Origin: Candidatus Diapherotrites archaeon CG08_land_8_20_14_0_20_34_12
GTDB taxonomy: Archaea; Iainarchaeota; Iainarchaeia; Iainarchaeales; 0-14-0-20-34-12
Assembly: GCA_002779065.1 (NCBI GenBank)
Contig: PEXL01000017.1
Span: 1-42,766, forward strand
Length of the DNA: 42,766 nucleotides
Direction of reading: 5' to 3'
Below are positions 1-9,515 of this stretch, piece after piece. Numbering within the stretch: position 1 is the stretch's first letter; each line of letters begins with the position of its first letter. Both the position numbers and the translations under genes were made by a program. The notes under the pieces were generated by a model. It had not been told where the DNA came from and did not search any database. It saw nothing but the letters and a program-made list of their open reading frames with translations.

Positions 1-242
1 TTCCAACAAATACAGTCATATGGGTCACAATAAATAGAGGCGCAAACCTCTATTTATTCCCATTTATAAAGGATTTCTACAGAGCTCTATGAGCGGTTCA
101 AATGCAGTATATGCAAAGATTGAGAAACCGGAGTTACGCAGAGATGTTAATTTAAGTGGAGTTGCAGCAATCGGATTGAGGATTAAAGCAACAGATTTAA
201 GGAAAGGCAGATAAGAAAGAAATATCTGCCTTTGTAATGTTT

Positions 243-388
243 GTGACATACTATGCATCATAAATGATGTAGCTTCCTAATTCATCGCTTCTTTATTGAG
301 AAGCTCCAAAGGCATACAGGCCCTGCCCAGACCCACTTCATATTTTATTTTTATAAGAATACCAGCGCTTTCAGCCTTGTATTCTTGA
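243..388 (-). mobile_element. Orphan IS200/IS605-family (TnpB) omegaRNA/right-end-like structured element, no tnpB ORF (possible non-autonomous mini-element)
   Basis: Minus strand: 5' hairpin AAGAATAC...GTATTCTT, then GGGTCTGGGCAGGGCC-TGTAT-GCCTTTGGAG, hairpin GCTTCT-caataa-AGAAGC, GATGAATTAGGAAGCT, hairpin CATCA-ttta-TGATG, ending TAGTATGTCAC. This matches the general layout of tnpB 3' ends (GCCTGTGGAG...CGATGAAGCAGGAAGC-hairpin-TCAC). Recognised by pattern only. Confidence 0.65.
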
Positions 389-426
389 TATAAGTTTGTA
401 ATTTGTAGTATTTAAATCATGTGAAA

Positions 427-444
427 GAGTAGATTTCCGGTGAA
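427..444 (-). promoter_or_regulatory. Conserved 18-bp motif, copy 1 (upstream of omegaRNA-like element)
   Basis: + strand GAGTAGATTTCCGGTGAA; minus-strand TATA TTTAAATA at 409-416, 10 nt away. Confidence 0.75.
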
Positions 445-524
445 ATATTCACTTTCATCTACTTCTTAAAAGAGACAAATTTCACGCTCATAAAGGTTTA
501 ATAACCTAGTTATCTATTTGCAAT

Positions 525-1094
525 ATGGAACCAGACTTAATTCTATTTGATGATCTTGAAGAAATTTCTAAGCAAGCAAATCTTTTGGATTTAAAACATA
601 TAATAATTGCTAAATCTTTTTCTTCAAAAGAGGATATTAAGAAATTTAGGGGGAAGATTAACTTTTCAAAATCTAATTTAGAAATAAGAATTTGTCATTT
701 AATAGGAAAAACCAATAACAAAGAGCTTGAGAGTTTTCTAAATACTGCGGATTTTATCTGTATGTTGGGTGATTCATTAAAAAATGTCAGCTTTGCCTCA
801 AGCAATAAAAAATTTGATTTTATTTTAATGCAATTTGACAAAAATCCGCAGATGATAATAGATAAAGAAACTTTAATGAATGCTAAAATAAATGAGGTTG
901 AAATTTTATTGCCGATTTCAGCAATATTAAATTCAAATATTTACAACAAAGCAGCAATCATGCAAAAGTATGCAGCAATAATAAAAATATGCAAAAAGGT
1001 TGGTTGTAAGCTTGGAATAGTAAGCGGAGCTGCCTGCAAGGAAGAAATGAGAAATAAAAAGAATTTGGATAGTATAATTGAATTACTGAAGTAA
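525..1094 (+). CDS. rnp3: RNase P protein subunit p30 (Rpp30)-like, PHP fold
   Basis: Size and C-terminal IVSGA...EEMR motif resemble the Rpp30 'SgA....lR' motif; divergent. Confidence 0.65.
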   Translation: MEPDLILFDDLEEISKQANLLDLKHIIIAKSFSSKEDIKKFRGKINFSKSNLEIRICHLIGKTNNKELESFLNTADFICMLGDSLKNVSFASSNKKFDFILMQFDKNPQMIIDKETLMNAKINEVEILLPISAILNSNIYNKAAIMQKYAAIIKICKKVGCKLGIVSGAACKEEMRNKKNLDSIIELLK

Positions 1095-1104
1095 GTGGTC
1101 AAAA

Positions 1105-2178
1105 ATGTTAGTAAAAACAAAATCCGGAACAAAACATTATAGAACATTGTGGCTTGAAGGAAAAAATGTAAGAATGATAAACCAGTTGAAAATACCGCAT
1201 GAATTTGAAATTGCCACCTTGAAAAATTACAAGGAAACCGCTGAAGCTATAAGAAATATGACTGTAAGAGGGGCTGGTGCTATTGGAATAAGCGGGGCAT
1301 ATGGGATTTATCAGGCAGTTTCTTCAGCAAATAAAAACAATTATTTGCAATATATAAGAAAAGCTGCTGATTTTTTGAGAGCAACAAGGCCAACAGCATA
1401 TGATTTATTTTATAGCGTAGATCATGTCCTAAAAACAATTAAAGATTCTGATAATTTTGAGGAAGCAAAAAAGGCTGCTTTGAAAGATGCTGAAATGCTT
1501 GCTGAAAAAAATGCAAATGCTGGCAAAAGGATTGGGCAATATGGGGAAAAATTAATAAAAAATAATTTTAGAATACTAACACATTGCAACGCAGGCTGGC
1601 TTGGGTTTGTGGATTGGGGTTCTGCACTTGCGCCAATATATGCAGCAAAAAGAGCTGGAAAAAAACTTTTTGTCTTTGTTGATGAAACAAGACCTAGGCT
1701 TCAAGGTGCGAGATTAACTGCATGGGAACTTTATAATGAGGATATTAAACATGCAGTAATTGCAGACAACGCTGCCGGGTATTATATGCAAAAAGGCGAG
1801 ATTGATATGTGCATTGTGGGAGCAGATAGGATATTAATGCATAACGGCCTGACAGCAAACAAGATAGGCACATATGAAAAAGCTGTTCTTGCAAAGGAGA
1901 ACAACATTCCGTTTTATGTTGCAGCCCCAACATCAACATTTGATTTGAAATCTAAGGAAATTCCAATTGAAGAAAGAAGCCAAGATGAAGTGTTGTTTGT
2001 TGAGGGGAATTGTGGTGGGAAAATTACTAATGTTGCAATATCCCACAAAAATGCAAAAGCAAAAAATCCTGCATTTGATATTACTTCAAGTAAATATATT
2101 ACTGCCTTCATAACAGAAAAAGGAATATTCAAACCAAATAAATTGAAAAGATTAGAAAAAATGCTTAAGGATAAATGA
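1105..2178 (+). CDS. mtnA: S-methyl-5-thioribose-1-phosphate isomerase
   Basis: MTVRGAGAIG, TRPTAYDL, LTHCNAGWL, DETRPRLQGARLTAWEL, GADRI, ANKIGTY, NPAFDIT motifs. Confidence 0.93.
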   Translation: MLVKTKSGTKHYRTLWLEGKNVRMINQLKIPHEFEIATLKNYKETAEAIRNMTVRGAGAIGISGAYGIYQAVSSANKNNYLQYIRKAADFLRATRPTAYDLFYSVDHVLKTIKDSDNFEEAKKAALKDAEMLAEKNANAGKRIGQYGEKLIKNNFRILTHCNAGWLGFVDWGSALAPIYAAKRAGKKLFVFVDETRPRLQGARLTAWELYNEDIKHAVIADNAAGYYMQKGEIDMCIVGADRILMHNGLTANKIGTYEKAVLAKENNIPFYVAAPTSTFDLKSKEIPIEERSQDEVLFVEGNCGGKITNVAISHKNAKAKNPAFDITSSKYITAFITEKGIFKPNKLKRLEKMLKDK

Positions 2179-2765
2179 TTAAAATGCCTGAGATCTATGT
2201 TGGAGTAAAATTCAAAACTATTTTTTTAAAGAAAGAAGTCCCTAAAGGAAAACTGAATAAAAAATTGATTGAAATTGGAAAGAAAATTGCAAAATACGAG
2301 CTGAACGGGAATATGGGCTGGGGCAATATAAGTTACAGATTTGAAAATGGCTTTGTGATAAATGCCACAAAGGAGAACATTGGGCATCTGGATGAAAAAA
2401 AACTTGTTTTTGTAAAGTCTGTTGATTGGAAGAAAAAATGTGTAAAAGGCATTGGCCTAAAAGAACCTAGTTCAGAATGTTTTATGCATGCCGCTGCTTA
2501 TGAGTTAAGGAAAGACGTTAATGTTGTGCTGCATCTGCATGATGATTTGGTTTTAAAGCATGCAAAAGAACTCGGGATTAAAGAAACAATAAATGAAAAA
2601 CCATATGGAACAATTGAATTGGCAGAAGAAATCAAAAAAGTTCTTGGGATGAGGAATTGCGTTGCAATAAAGAACCACGGAATTCTGGCATTAGGGAAAA
2701 ATATCAGAGAAGCTTTTGATTTGGCATTAAAAATGCATAAAAAATCTGAAGAGTTGAAAAAATAA
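2175..2765 (+). CDS. Class II aldolase/adducin family protein (FucA/MtnB-like)
   Basis: GNISYR, PSSE..MH, HLH and NHG metal-binding motifs; overlaps mtnA stop (ATGA); true start may be 2184. Confidence 0.85.
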   Translation: MIKMPEIYVGVKFKTIFLKKEVPKGKLNKKLIEIGKKIAKYELNGNMGWGNISYRFENGFVINATKENIGHLDEKKLVFVKSVDWKKKCVKGIGLKEPSSECFMHAAAYELRKDVNVVLHLHDDLVLKHAKELGIKETINEKPYGTIELAEEIKKVLGMRNCVAIKNHGILALGKNIREAFDLALKMHKKSEELKK

Positions 2766-2774
2766 TCAGCTATC

Positions 2775-3800
2775 TTACGGATTTAAAATTACCTTCATTG
2801 ATTCGTCTGCCTTTGCAACCAACCGGAAACCTTTCTGTGCCTCATCTAATGGCAAGTTATGGGTAATTAAATCGCTTACAGTAACTTTTTTTGATTTAAT
2901 TAGGTTAATAGCTTCTTCAAGGTCTAAGGGAGACGCTGCATAACTTGTTTTTAATGTGATTTCATTCCTCCAAAGATTGCTTAGGGATAAGCAAGTTTTG
3001 TCCTCTGGCTTAGGAACCGCAAAAAATAAAATTGTGCCACCTCTTTCTATTGAATTGAAGGATTGTTCAATTGCGGAACTTGCCCCTGTGCATACTATGA
3101 CACGATCTACTAAAAGGCCATTATTGAAAGATTTTATTTTTTCTATGATATTTTCCCTTGCATCTATTGCAATTGCCCCTAATTTTTTTGCAAAATTCAA
3201 ACGAAATTCTGAGATGTCTGTTGCAAATATTTTTTTTATGCCAAGGGATTTTGCGAGCTTTATGTGCAATAAACCTGAAATTCCAGAACCTAAAACAAGC
3301 AAGGATTCTGCTGATTTTATATCTGCCAATCTCTGCCCTCTGACAACACAGCCTAAGGGTTCAATAAAAGTGGCATCATCAAAGGAAACCTCTTTTGGCA
3401 ATAAAAATGTTCCTTTTTCAACATTTATCTTTGGCACTTGCAGGTATTGTGAAAATCCCCCTGGATAAAAATTTGTTTTGTGCAGGGTTTCACAAGCAGT
3501 ATGATGGCTTTGCTTGCAGTAATGGCAATTGCCACAGGGAACATGATGGGAAACAAAAACTCCCTCTCCTTTCCTGAATTTTTTTACTTTTTTTCCTACT
3601 TGGATTATTTCTCCTGAAATTTCATGCCCTAAAACACGTGGGGCTGTCTTTATGCGATACCATTCCAAAACATCAGAGCCGCAAATACCTGAAGAAATTA
3701 CTTTAACAAGAATTTCGTCTTTTGAGATTTCAGGAATTTGCATTTCTTCAATTCGCACATCATTGTTGTTGTAATACATTGCAACTTTCATTTTTTCCAT
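2775..3800 (-). CDS. Zn-dependent (MDR) alcohol/polyol dehydrogenase
   Basis: GICGSD, GHE, C-x2-C-x2-C-x7-C structural Zn, GSGISG Rossmann motif; ATG start at 3800 or 3791. Confidence 0.9.
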   Translation of the reverse strand: MEKMKVAMYYNNNDVRIEEMQIPEISKDEILVKVISSGICGSDVLEWYRIKTAPRVLGHEISGEIIQVGKKVKKFRKGEGVFVSHHVPCGNCHYCKQSHHTACETLHKTNFYPGGFSQYLQVPKINVEKGTFLLPKEVSFDDATFIEPLGCVVRGQRLADIKSAESLLVLGSGISGLLHIKLAKSLGIKKIFATDISEFRLNFAKKLGAIAIDARENIIEKIKSFNNGLLVDRVIVCTGASSAIEQSFNSIERGGTILFFAVPKPEDKTCLSLSNLWRNEITLKTSYAASPLDLEEAINLIKSKKVTVSDLITHNLPLDEAQKGFRLVAKADESMKVILNP

Positions 3801-3831
3801 GAAAATCAAAGGTGTTTATTGTATTGATAAA

Positions 3832-4632
3832 TTAATCAAATTTTTTCTGCTTTTCCTTCTTGCCTTTCTCAAACAAATCGAGCGCTTCATTTACATTAAA
3901 GCCGTCATGCACTATTGACCTTACTGCCTTTATCATTGCTACAGGATAATCTGATTGAAATATATTACGGCCCATATCAACCCCTACAGCACCTTCTGAA
4001 ATTGCATTATAAGCAAGTTCAAGCGCTTCTTTTTCTGAAACCTTTGTGCCGCCTGCAACCACTATTGGAACCGGACACGAATCTACTATTTGTGAGAAAT
4101 CCTTACAATAATAAGTTTTTACAAAATGTGCTCCAAGTTCAGCAGCAATCCTGCAGGCCAATCCTAAATATCTTGCATCCCTGCCCATATCTTTCCCAAC
4201 AGCAGTTACTGCCAAAACCGGCATTCCACATTGTTCACCTTCATCAACAAGCTTCGCCAAATTTAACAATGTCTGCCTTTCATATTGGGCACCAACAAAG
4301 ATTGATAAAGCAACAGCAGAAGCATTCAACCTTAAAGCATCTTCCATTGCACAGGTAAGACCCTCATTTGAAAGTTCTGTTAAAACACTGGTACCGCCTG
4401 AAACCCTAAGAACAATGGGAACTTCGATTTTGTCTGAAACACTTGCCCTCAAAACACCACGCGTAAGCATTAAAGCATCAGCATATTGCTGCAATGCTGA
4501 AATTGTTTCTACGGGTTTTTTCAAGCCAGTAGTAGGCCCTAAAAAATAGCCGTGGTCTACTGCCAGCATGACTGTTTTGCCTGTTTTTGGCTTGATTATT
4601 TTTGATAACCTATTTTTCAATCCCCAGCTCAT
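3832..4632 (-). CDS. lsrF: LsrF-like thiolase / DhnA-type class I aldolase
   Basis: MSWGLKNRL, MLAVDHGYFLGPTTGL, ELGAHFVKTYY, GVDMGRNIFQS; SD-like GAGGT upstream. Confidence 0.85.
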   Translation of the reverse strand: MSWGLKNRLSKIIKPKTGKTVMLAVDHGYFLGPTTGLKKPVETISALQQYADALMLTRGVLRASVSDKIEVPIVLRVSGGTSVLTELSNEGLTCAMEDALRLNASAVALSIFVGAQYERQTLLNLAKLVDEGEQCGMPVLAVTAVGKDMGRDARYLGLACRIAAELGAHFVKTYYCKDFSQIVDSCPVPIVVAGGTKVSEKEALELAYNAISEGAVGVDMGRNIFQSDYPVAMIKAVRSIVHDGFNVNEALDLFEKGKKEKQKKFD

Positions 4633-4816
4633 AAAAATACCTCAGAACATAAAAGTGATAGTACATTAAAGAGCATTCAAAAAATGCTCTAATTAATGTC
4701 TTTTAATATTAAACAATAAAAGTGGTAAATTATATAAGCAGATTGCTGACTACTCTCAATATGAAAAGGCCTTCAAAATTAGTGGCTACTTAATTTAACT
4801 CATTAAAAACAGTGAT

Positions 4817-5368
4817 TTGATGCTAAATAAGAAAAAAGAAATCCTGCCCTCAAGGGAAGAATGCATTAAACTAATAAGGGAAAATAATCCTGAAAATGTT
4901 GTAAAGCATTCGCTTATTGTGAATAAAATTGCGATGTATCTAGGAAAAAAATTAAAGAAAAAAGGAAAGAAAATTAATTTGGATTTGCTTGATAGGGCAA
5001 GTTTATTGCATGATATTGATAAAATTGAGAGCCTGAGGAATGGAAATCATGGGGTAATTGGGGAAAAAATGCTTAAAGAAAAAGGACTGCACAAAATTGC
5101 TAAAATTGTAAGAAAACATGTTCTGGATCAGATACTGCTTGGTTTTGATTCATTGGAAGAGAAGATTGTTTTTTATGCTGACAAAAGGGTTGTTGATGAT
5201 AAAATTGTTTCTTTAGATGAAAGATTAAAATATATCCTAAATAGATATGGGCATTTAAATAAAAAATTGCAGAAAAGATATTCTGAAATTGAAAAAAAAA
5301 TAAATAAATTAGAAAAGAATATTTTCTCTGAAATAAAGATATCTAAGGAGTTAAAAGAACTCAAGTAA
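4817..5368 (+). CDS. HD-domain phosphohydrolase (HDIG-type)
   Basis: H(S), LLHDIDK, HG, H, YADKR motifs. Confidence 0.85.
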   Translation: MMLNKKKEILPSREECIKLIRENNPENVVKHSLIVNKIAMYLGKKLKKKGKKINLDLLDRASLLHDIDKIESLRNGNHGVIGEKMLKEKGLHKIAKIVRKHVLDQILLGFDSLEEKIVFYADKRVVDDKIVSLDERLKYILNRYGHLNKKLQKRYSEIEKKINKLEKNIFSEIKISKELKELK

Positions 5369-5432
5369 AATAAACTTTAAAGTTGTTATTTGCAAAGGGT
5401 AAATATTAAACTGTTTCTTTTCTGATTTTTTA

Positions 5433-5789
5433 ATGCTAAGAGAGCATTGGTTAACGCGAATAGCCTTAGGCTGCGCAATTTTCGGATTAATAATCCTCGC
5501 ATTTTATTATGAAAAGTCAGAATGCGAATGGAAAACGATTAATGGAATAAGCAAGGATTCTGCTGGCTCAAAAGTCTCAATATTTGGCAGAATAAGAGAA
5601 ATAAAACAGTATGAAAATTCAATAAGTTTTCAGGTGTATGACGGAAATACAATAAATGCGGTGATATTCAACCCCGCAAAGGAGGATTTTATCCAAATAC
5701 AGGATAATGATTTGCTAAACATTTGCGGTTCTGTTTCTAAGTATAAAGGCAAACTTGAAATAATCGTGGAGAGTTTTAAGGTTGTTTGA
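5433..5789 (+). CDS. Membrane-anchored OB-fold protein
   Basis: N-terminal TM segment; V.I.G.I...YDG...G.VSKYKGKLEI OB-fold pattern. Confidence 0.7.
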   Translation: MLREHWLTRIALGCAIFGLIILAFYYEKSECEWKTINGISKDSAGSKVSIFGRIREIKQYENSISFQVYDGNTINAVIFNPAKEDFIQIQDNDLLNICGSVSKYKGKLEIIVESFKVV

Positions 5790-6972
5790 AATACTTGGGT
5801 ATATTTTGGCCGGCTGTTTTCTTGGGATAATAAGTGGGATTTTGCCCGGCATTCACATAAACCTGTTGTCAATATTGCTAACAAAATATGTTCCAAATGC
5901 GGACATAAATATCGCTGCCTGTATAATTGCAATGGGCATAGTCCATTCTTTTGTTGATTTTATCCCAAGCATTTGTTTTGGGGTTCCTCAAGAGGATAAT
6001 TATTTGAGTGTATTGCCAGGGCACAGATATTTTCTAAAAGGGCAGGCGTACAAAGCAATAATGCTGACTGTTACTGGTGGATTATTCGGGATAATTTTAG
6101 GGCTATTATTTCTGCCATTATTTTTTAGCATTGGAACAAAATTTTTTTATGAAATAAGAAAATATCTGGCATATGTGCTAATTGGAACTATTTTTATGAT
6201 GGTTTTTTCAGAAAAAGAAAACAAAAAATTTTGGGCCATGCTTATTGTAGCACTTTCGGGATTCTTGGGTTTTTTAATCTTAAGGAATGGTTCTTCGGAG
6301 AATGGAATTTTTGCCGCAATAACTGGTTTTTTTGGGATAAGCACTTTACTAGAATCAATATCCACAAATAGCTGCACAAAAAAGCAAATAATAACTGAAT
6401 TTTCATTTAGAAAATTTGATGCTATTAAAAGTCCTATTTTAAGCATTATTGGCGGATCTATTGTTGCTTTAATTCCCGGCTTGGGATCAAATCAGGCTGC
6501 TTTTTTAATACGTGAAATCCAAGGAAAAATCAAAACATCAAATTATTTAATGATGATTGGCGGAATAAATGCAGTAAATTTAATGCTATCTTTTTTTGCA
6601 CTTTATTCAATCGGAAAGGGGCGTAGCGGTCCTGCTTTAGTAATACAAAACCTAATCCACTTAAATTCAGATCAAATATTGCTAATAATTGCAACAGTAT
6701 TAATAGCTGCTTCTTTTGGGGTTTTTATTACAATTTTAATTTCTAAAAAATTATTAAATGCATTAAATGAAGTAGATTACAAAAAACTGAATATTGGAAT
6801 TTTAATTTTTATAATATTTCTTACAATTGTATTGTGCAATTGGCATGAATTAATAATTGCTGGCACTGCAACTAGCATTGGAATTCTAACTATAAAAACA
6901 AAGGTAAAAAGAAGCCTTTGCATGGCTTTTTTGATTGTGCCGATCACTCTTTTTTACATTACCTTACTATAA
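5782..6972 (+). CDS. TctA-like tripartite tricarboxylate transporter permease (archaeal DUF112)
   Basis: GIISGILPGIH, FIPSI..GVP, SVLPGH motifs; many TM helices. Confidence 0.85.
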   Translation: MFEILGYILAGCFLGIISGILPGIHINLLSILLTKYVPNADINIAACIIAMGIVHSFVDFIPSICFGVPQEDNYLSVLPGHRYFLKGQAYKAIMLTVTGGLFGIILGLLFLPLFFSIGTKFFYEIRKYLAYVLIGTIFMMVFSEKENKKFWAMLIVALSGFLGFLILRNGSSENGIFAAITGFFGISTLLESISTNSCTKKQIITEFSFRKFDAIKSPILSIIGGSIVALIPGLGSNQAAFLIREIQGKIKTSNYLMMIGGINAVNLMLSFFALYSIGKGRSGPALVIQNLIHLNSDQILLIIATVLIAASFGVFITILISKKLLNALNEVDYKKLNIGILIFIIFLTIVLCNWHELIIAGTATSIGILTIKTKVKRSLCMAFLIVPITLFYITLL

Positions 6973-7428
6973 ATTAAATGAAGCAACTTCTCCATCTTCA
7001 TCTATTTCTTCCTTCAAGACTTTTTTCTCAAAGAATTTGCCTAAAATAAGTACGATTATAGATAAACCGGTTGCATAAGCAGCAATTGTGTATAAGCCCA
7101 TACCAATAACCATGCCTATTGCTGAAACAGTCCAAATATTTGCTGCGGTTGTTAATCCTTTAACATAATTCTGGCCTTTATAAATTACTCCAGCTCCTAA
7201 AAAACCTACTCCTGTAACAATGCCTGCGGCAATTCTTGATGGATCTACATTCCCCTCAAAAGAGAGTGATGCTAAAGTAAATACTGTAGAGCCTAATGCA
7301 ACTAATGCATGCGTTCTTAATCCGGCATACCCTTGCCCTCTTTTACTTAATTCTCTTTCCAATCCAAAGAATATTCCAACTATTAAAGATAATGACAAAC
7401 GCCATATGAGTTCTGATTCGGATAACAT
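6967..7428 (-). CDS. MgtC/SapB family membrane protein
   Basis: GLERE, AGLRTH, RIAAGIVTGVGFLGAG, GLTTAA motifs. Confidence 0.92.
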   Translation of the reverse strand: MLSESELIWRLSLSLIVGIFFGLERELSKRGQGYAGLRTHALVALGSTVFTLASLSFEGNVDPSRIAAGIVTGVGFLGAGVIYKGQNYVKGLTTAANIWTVSAIGMVIGMGLYTIAAYATGLSIIVLILGKFFEKKVLKEEIDEDGEVASFNL

Positions 7429-7486
7429 AATATCAGTAACAAATAGGCATTAGGAATTAATATTCTTTTCTAAGCACTGTGTTTTT

Positions 7487-7855
7487 ATGTATCTTATAAA
7501 AAAAGAGACACTTGAAATGATAATACATGCTGCAAAAAATACGTATCCTAAAGAATTTATAGGGTTATTAGGAAGCAGACTTGAAAATAATGTGATTGAC
7601 GAATTAATATTGACCCATTCTGAATATGGGAACAGTACTTCTTCTATATATATGGACTCAAAACCAGTTGATAATAGCATAATTGGTTCTGTACACAGCC
7701 ACCCTACTAATTCCAATAATCCTTCAGATGAGGATATTCATAGCTTTCCGAAATTTGGGAAAATACATTTAATAATCTCGTATCCCTTTAATATAAATGC
7801 AATAAAAATGTTTGACTCTAAAGGTAAACTGGTGGAATTTAAAGTGATTCAATGA
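7487..7855 (+). CDS. JAMM/MPN+ (Mov34) metalloprotease
   Basis: N-terminal PKE plus HSHP-x5-PS-x2-D JAMM motif. Confidence 0.88.
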   Translation: MYLIKKETLEMIIHAAKNTYPKEFIGLLGSRLENNVIDELILTHSEYGNSTSSIYMDSKPVDNSIIGSVHSHPTNSNNPSDEDIHSFPKFGKIHLIISYPFNINAIKMFDSKGKLVEFKVIQ

Positions 7856-9051
7856 AAAAAATACTGCTCATGATCTTAGACGGTGTGGGGGACAGGCCTT
7901 CAAAATGTTTAGAGAACAGAACTCCGCTTGGGGCAGCAAGAATTCCAAATATAGACTCACTGATTAAGAATAGTCTTTGTGGATTAATGGATTCTGTTGG
8001 AAAAGGGATTAAACCAGAATCAGATAATGCTCATTTGAGCATATTCGACTATAACCTTAAAAAATATTATACTGGAAGGGGCCCTCTTGAAGCATCTGGC
8101 CTAGAAATGAAAATGAACCATGGTGATATTGCATTTAGGGCCAATTTTGCAACAATTGATGATTCTGGAATAATAAAAGATAGAAGAACGGGGAGAATTG
8201 AATCAGTAAAGCCATTTGTAAATAAATTAAATGGGATGAAAATTGATGGAATAAAATTTTTGCTAAAAGCAGGGACTTCCCATAGGGCCTGTTTAATTAT
8301 GAGAGGCAAGGGATTAGGCAGCAAAATCTCGGACAATGATCCTCACAAAACAGGGGTAAAACCCATTTTAATAAAAGCTTTAAATTCAGGTAAAGAAGCT
8401 AAATTTACCGCTGATGTTTTAAATAAGTTTTTAGAAAAAGCAAACCATATATTAGATGAAATGAAATTGAATAAAGAAAGGAATAAGCAGGGTAAATTAA
8501 AAGCAAATTATCTGCTAGTAAGAGGGGCAGGAATTTATAAAAAAATCCCAACATTTAAAGAAAAATATAAATTAAATGCTTGTTGCATTGCTGGTGGCGG
8601 ATTGTATAAGGGGGTGGCAAGGGCTACAGGAATGAAAATATTGAAAGTAAAGGGAGCTACAGGTACTTTAGAAACTGATATTAATGCTAAAATAAATGCG
8701 GCTATTAATGCGTTTAAAAAATATAATTTTGTTTTTGTTCACATAAAGGGAACCGATATATTGGGGCATGATGGAAAATGCAAAGAAAAAATGGAATTCA
8801 TTGAAAAAATAGATTCTAAATTAAAACCAATAATTAAATTGAAAAATACCGTTATTGTTATCACTGGTGACCATAGCACCCCTTGCAGGATAAAGGATCA
8901 TTCAGCAGATCCTGTTCCTTTAATGATTTTTTGCAATAAAAATGATCAGATAAAGCATTTTTCAGAAAAGGATTGTGGTGCAGGCAGTTTAGGCCGAATT
9001 TTGGGCACAGATTTAATGCCAATACTTTTAAAATTGGCAAAAAATAAATAA
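7852..9051 (+). CDS. apgM: 2,3-bisphosphoglycerate-independent phosphoglycerate mutase (archaeal type)
   Basis: LDGVGD, TPL, ESDNAHLS, GRGPLEA, HIKGTD..GHDG, TGDHSTP motifs. Confidence 0.93.
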   Translation: MKKILLMILDGVGDRPSKCLENRTPLGAARIPNIDSLIKNSLCGLMDSVGKGIKPESDNAHLSIFDYNLKKYYTGRGPLEASGLEMKMNHGDIAFRANFATIDDSGIIKDRRTGRIESVKPFVNKLNGMKIDGIKFLLKAGTSHRACLIMRGKGLGSKISDNDPHKTGVKPILIKALNSGKEAKFTADVLNKFLEKANHILDEMKLNKERNKQGKLKANYLLVRGAGIYKKIPTFKEKYKLNACCIAGGGLYKGVARATGMKILKVKGATGTLETDINAKINAAINAFKKYNFVFVHIKGTDILGHDGKCKEKMEFIEKIDSKLKPIIKLKNTVIVITGDHSTPCRIKDHSADPVPLMIFCNKNDQIKHFSEKDCGAGSLGRILGTDLMPILLKLAKNK

Positions 9052-9107
9052 ACGCAAAAATATGCTCAGATTAGGTTTAAATAGAACTAATTTTTAATAT
9101 ATACAAC

Positions 9108-9515
9108 ATGAACAAAAAAGGCCAGATTAGTTTAGATTTAATTATTGCGATAATAATCACATTTATATTTGCTGGGGCTATGCAGTCAATAATTGCAGGA
9201 ATGAATGAAACTCAGAAAGAAATTGGCGTAATAAATCAGCAGAAAGAAATTGGGAATAAGATTTCTGAGATTTTAACAACAAGCAAGAATCTTGCAGATG
9301 GTTCATTTAATGTTAAGTATTTGATCCCAAATGTTATTGTTTTGGGAAATAAAGAATCGGGTTGTAACATAGCAATAACCCAAGGACAAATAAAAATAAG
9401 TTCAGTATTTGATTCTAAAGTTATAGAAAGCACAATTATTCATAACTCAAGTATTTTATATTTAAAAAAGGCAAATCCTAAATGTGGTGAATATGTTGAG
9501 ATTCAAAAGATATAA
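9108..9515 (+). CDS. Type IV pilin-like protein with class III signal peptide
   Basis: MNKKG|QISLD followed by hydrophobic helix. Confidence 0.8.
   Translation: MNKKGQISLDLIIAIIITFIFAGAMQSIIAGMNETQKEIGVINQQKEIGNKISEILTTSKNLADGSFNVKYLIPNVIVLGNKESGCNIAITQGQIKISSVFDSKVIESTIIHNSSILYLKKANPKCGEYVEIQKI

Noticed and set aside
64..261. 65-aa minus-strand ORF and the many short antisense ORFs in the track (e.g. 25708-25896, 38214-38519)
   Set aside because: They are shadows of real genes, tRNAs or structured elements with no recognisable motifs.
1..400. Structured region as RNase P RNA (next to the rpp30-like gene) or a group II intron end
   Set aside because: No GAGGAAAGUCC/P4 signature and no domain V consensus; the IS605/TnpB 3'-end pattern fits better.
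448..465. Inverted degenerate motif copy (TTCACTTTCATCTACTTC) facing the rpp30-like gene
   Set aside because: The CGGAA core is lost and spacing to the TATA box (~30 nt) does not match the other copies; noted only as an imperfect palindrome with copy 1.
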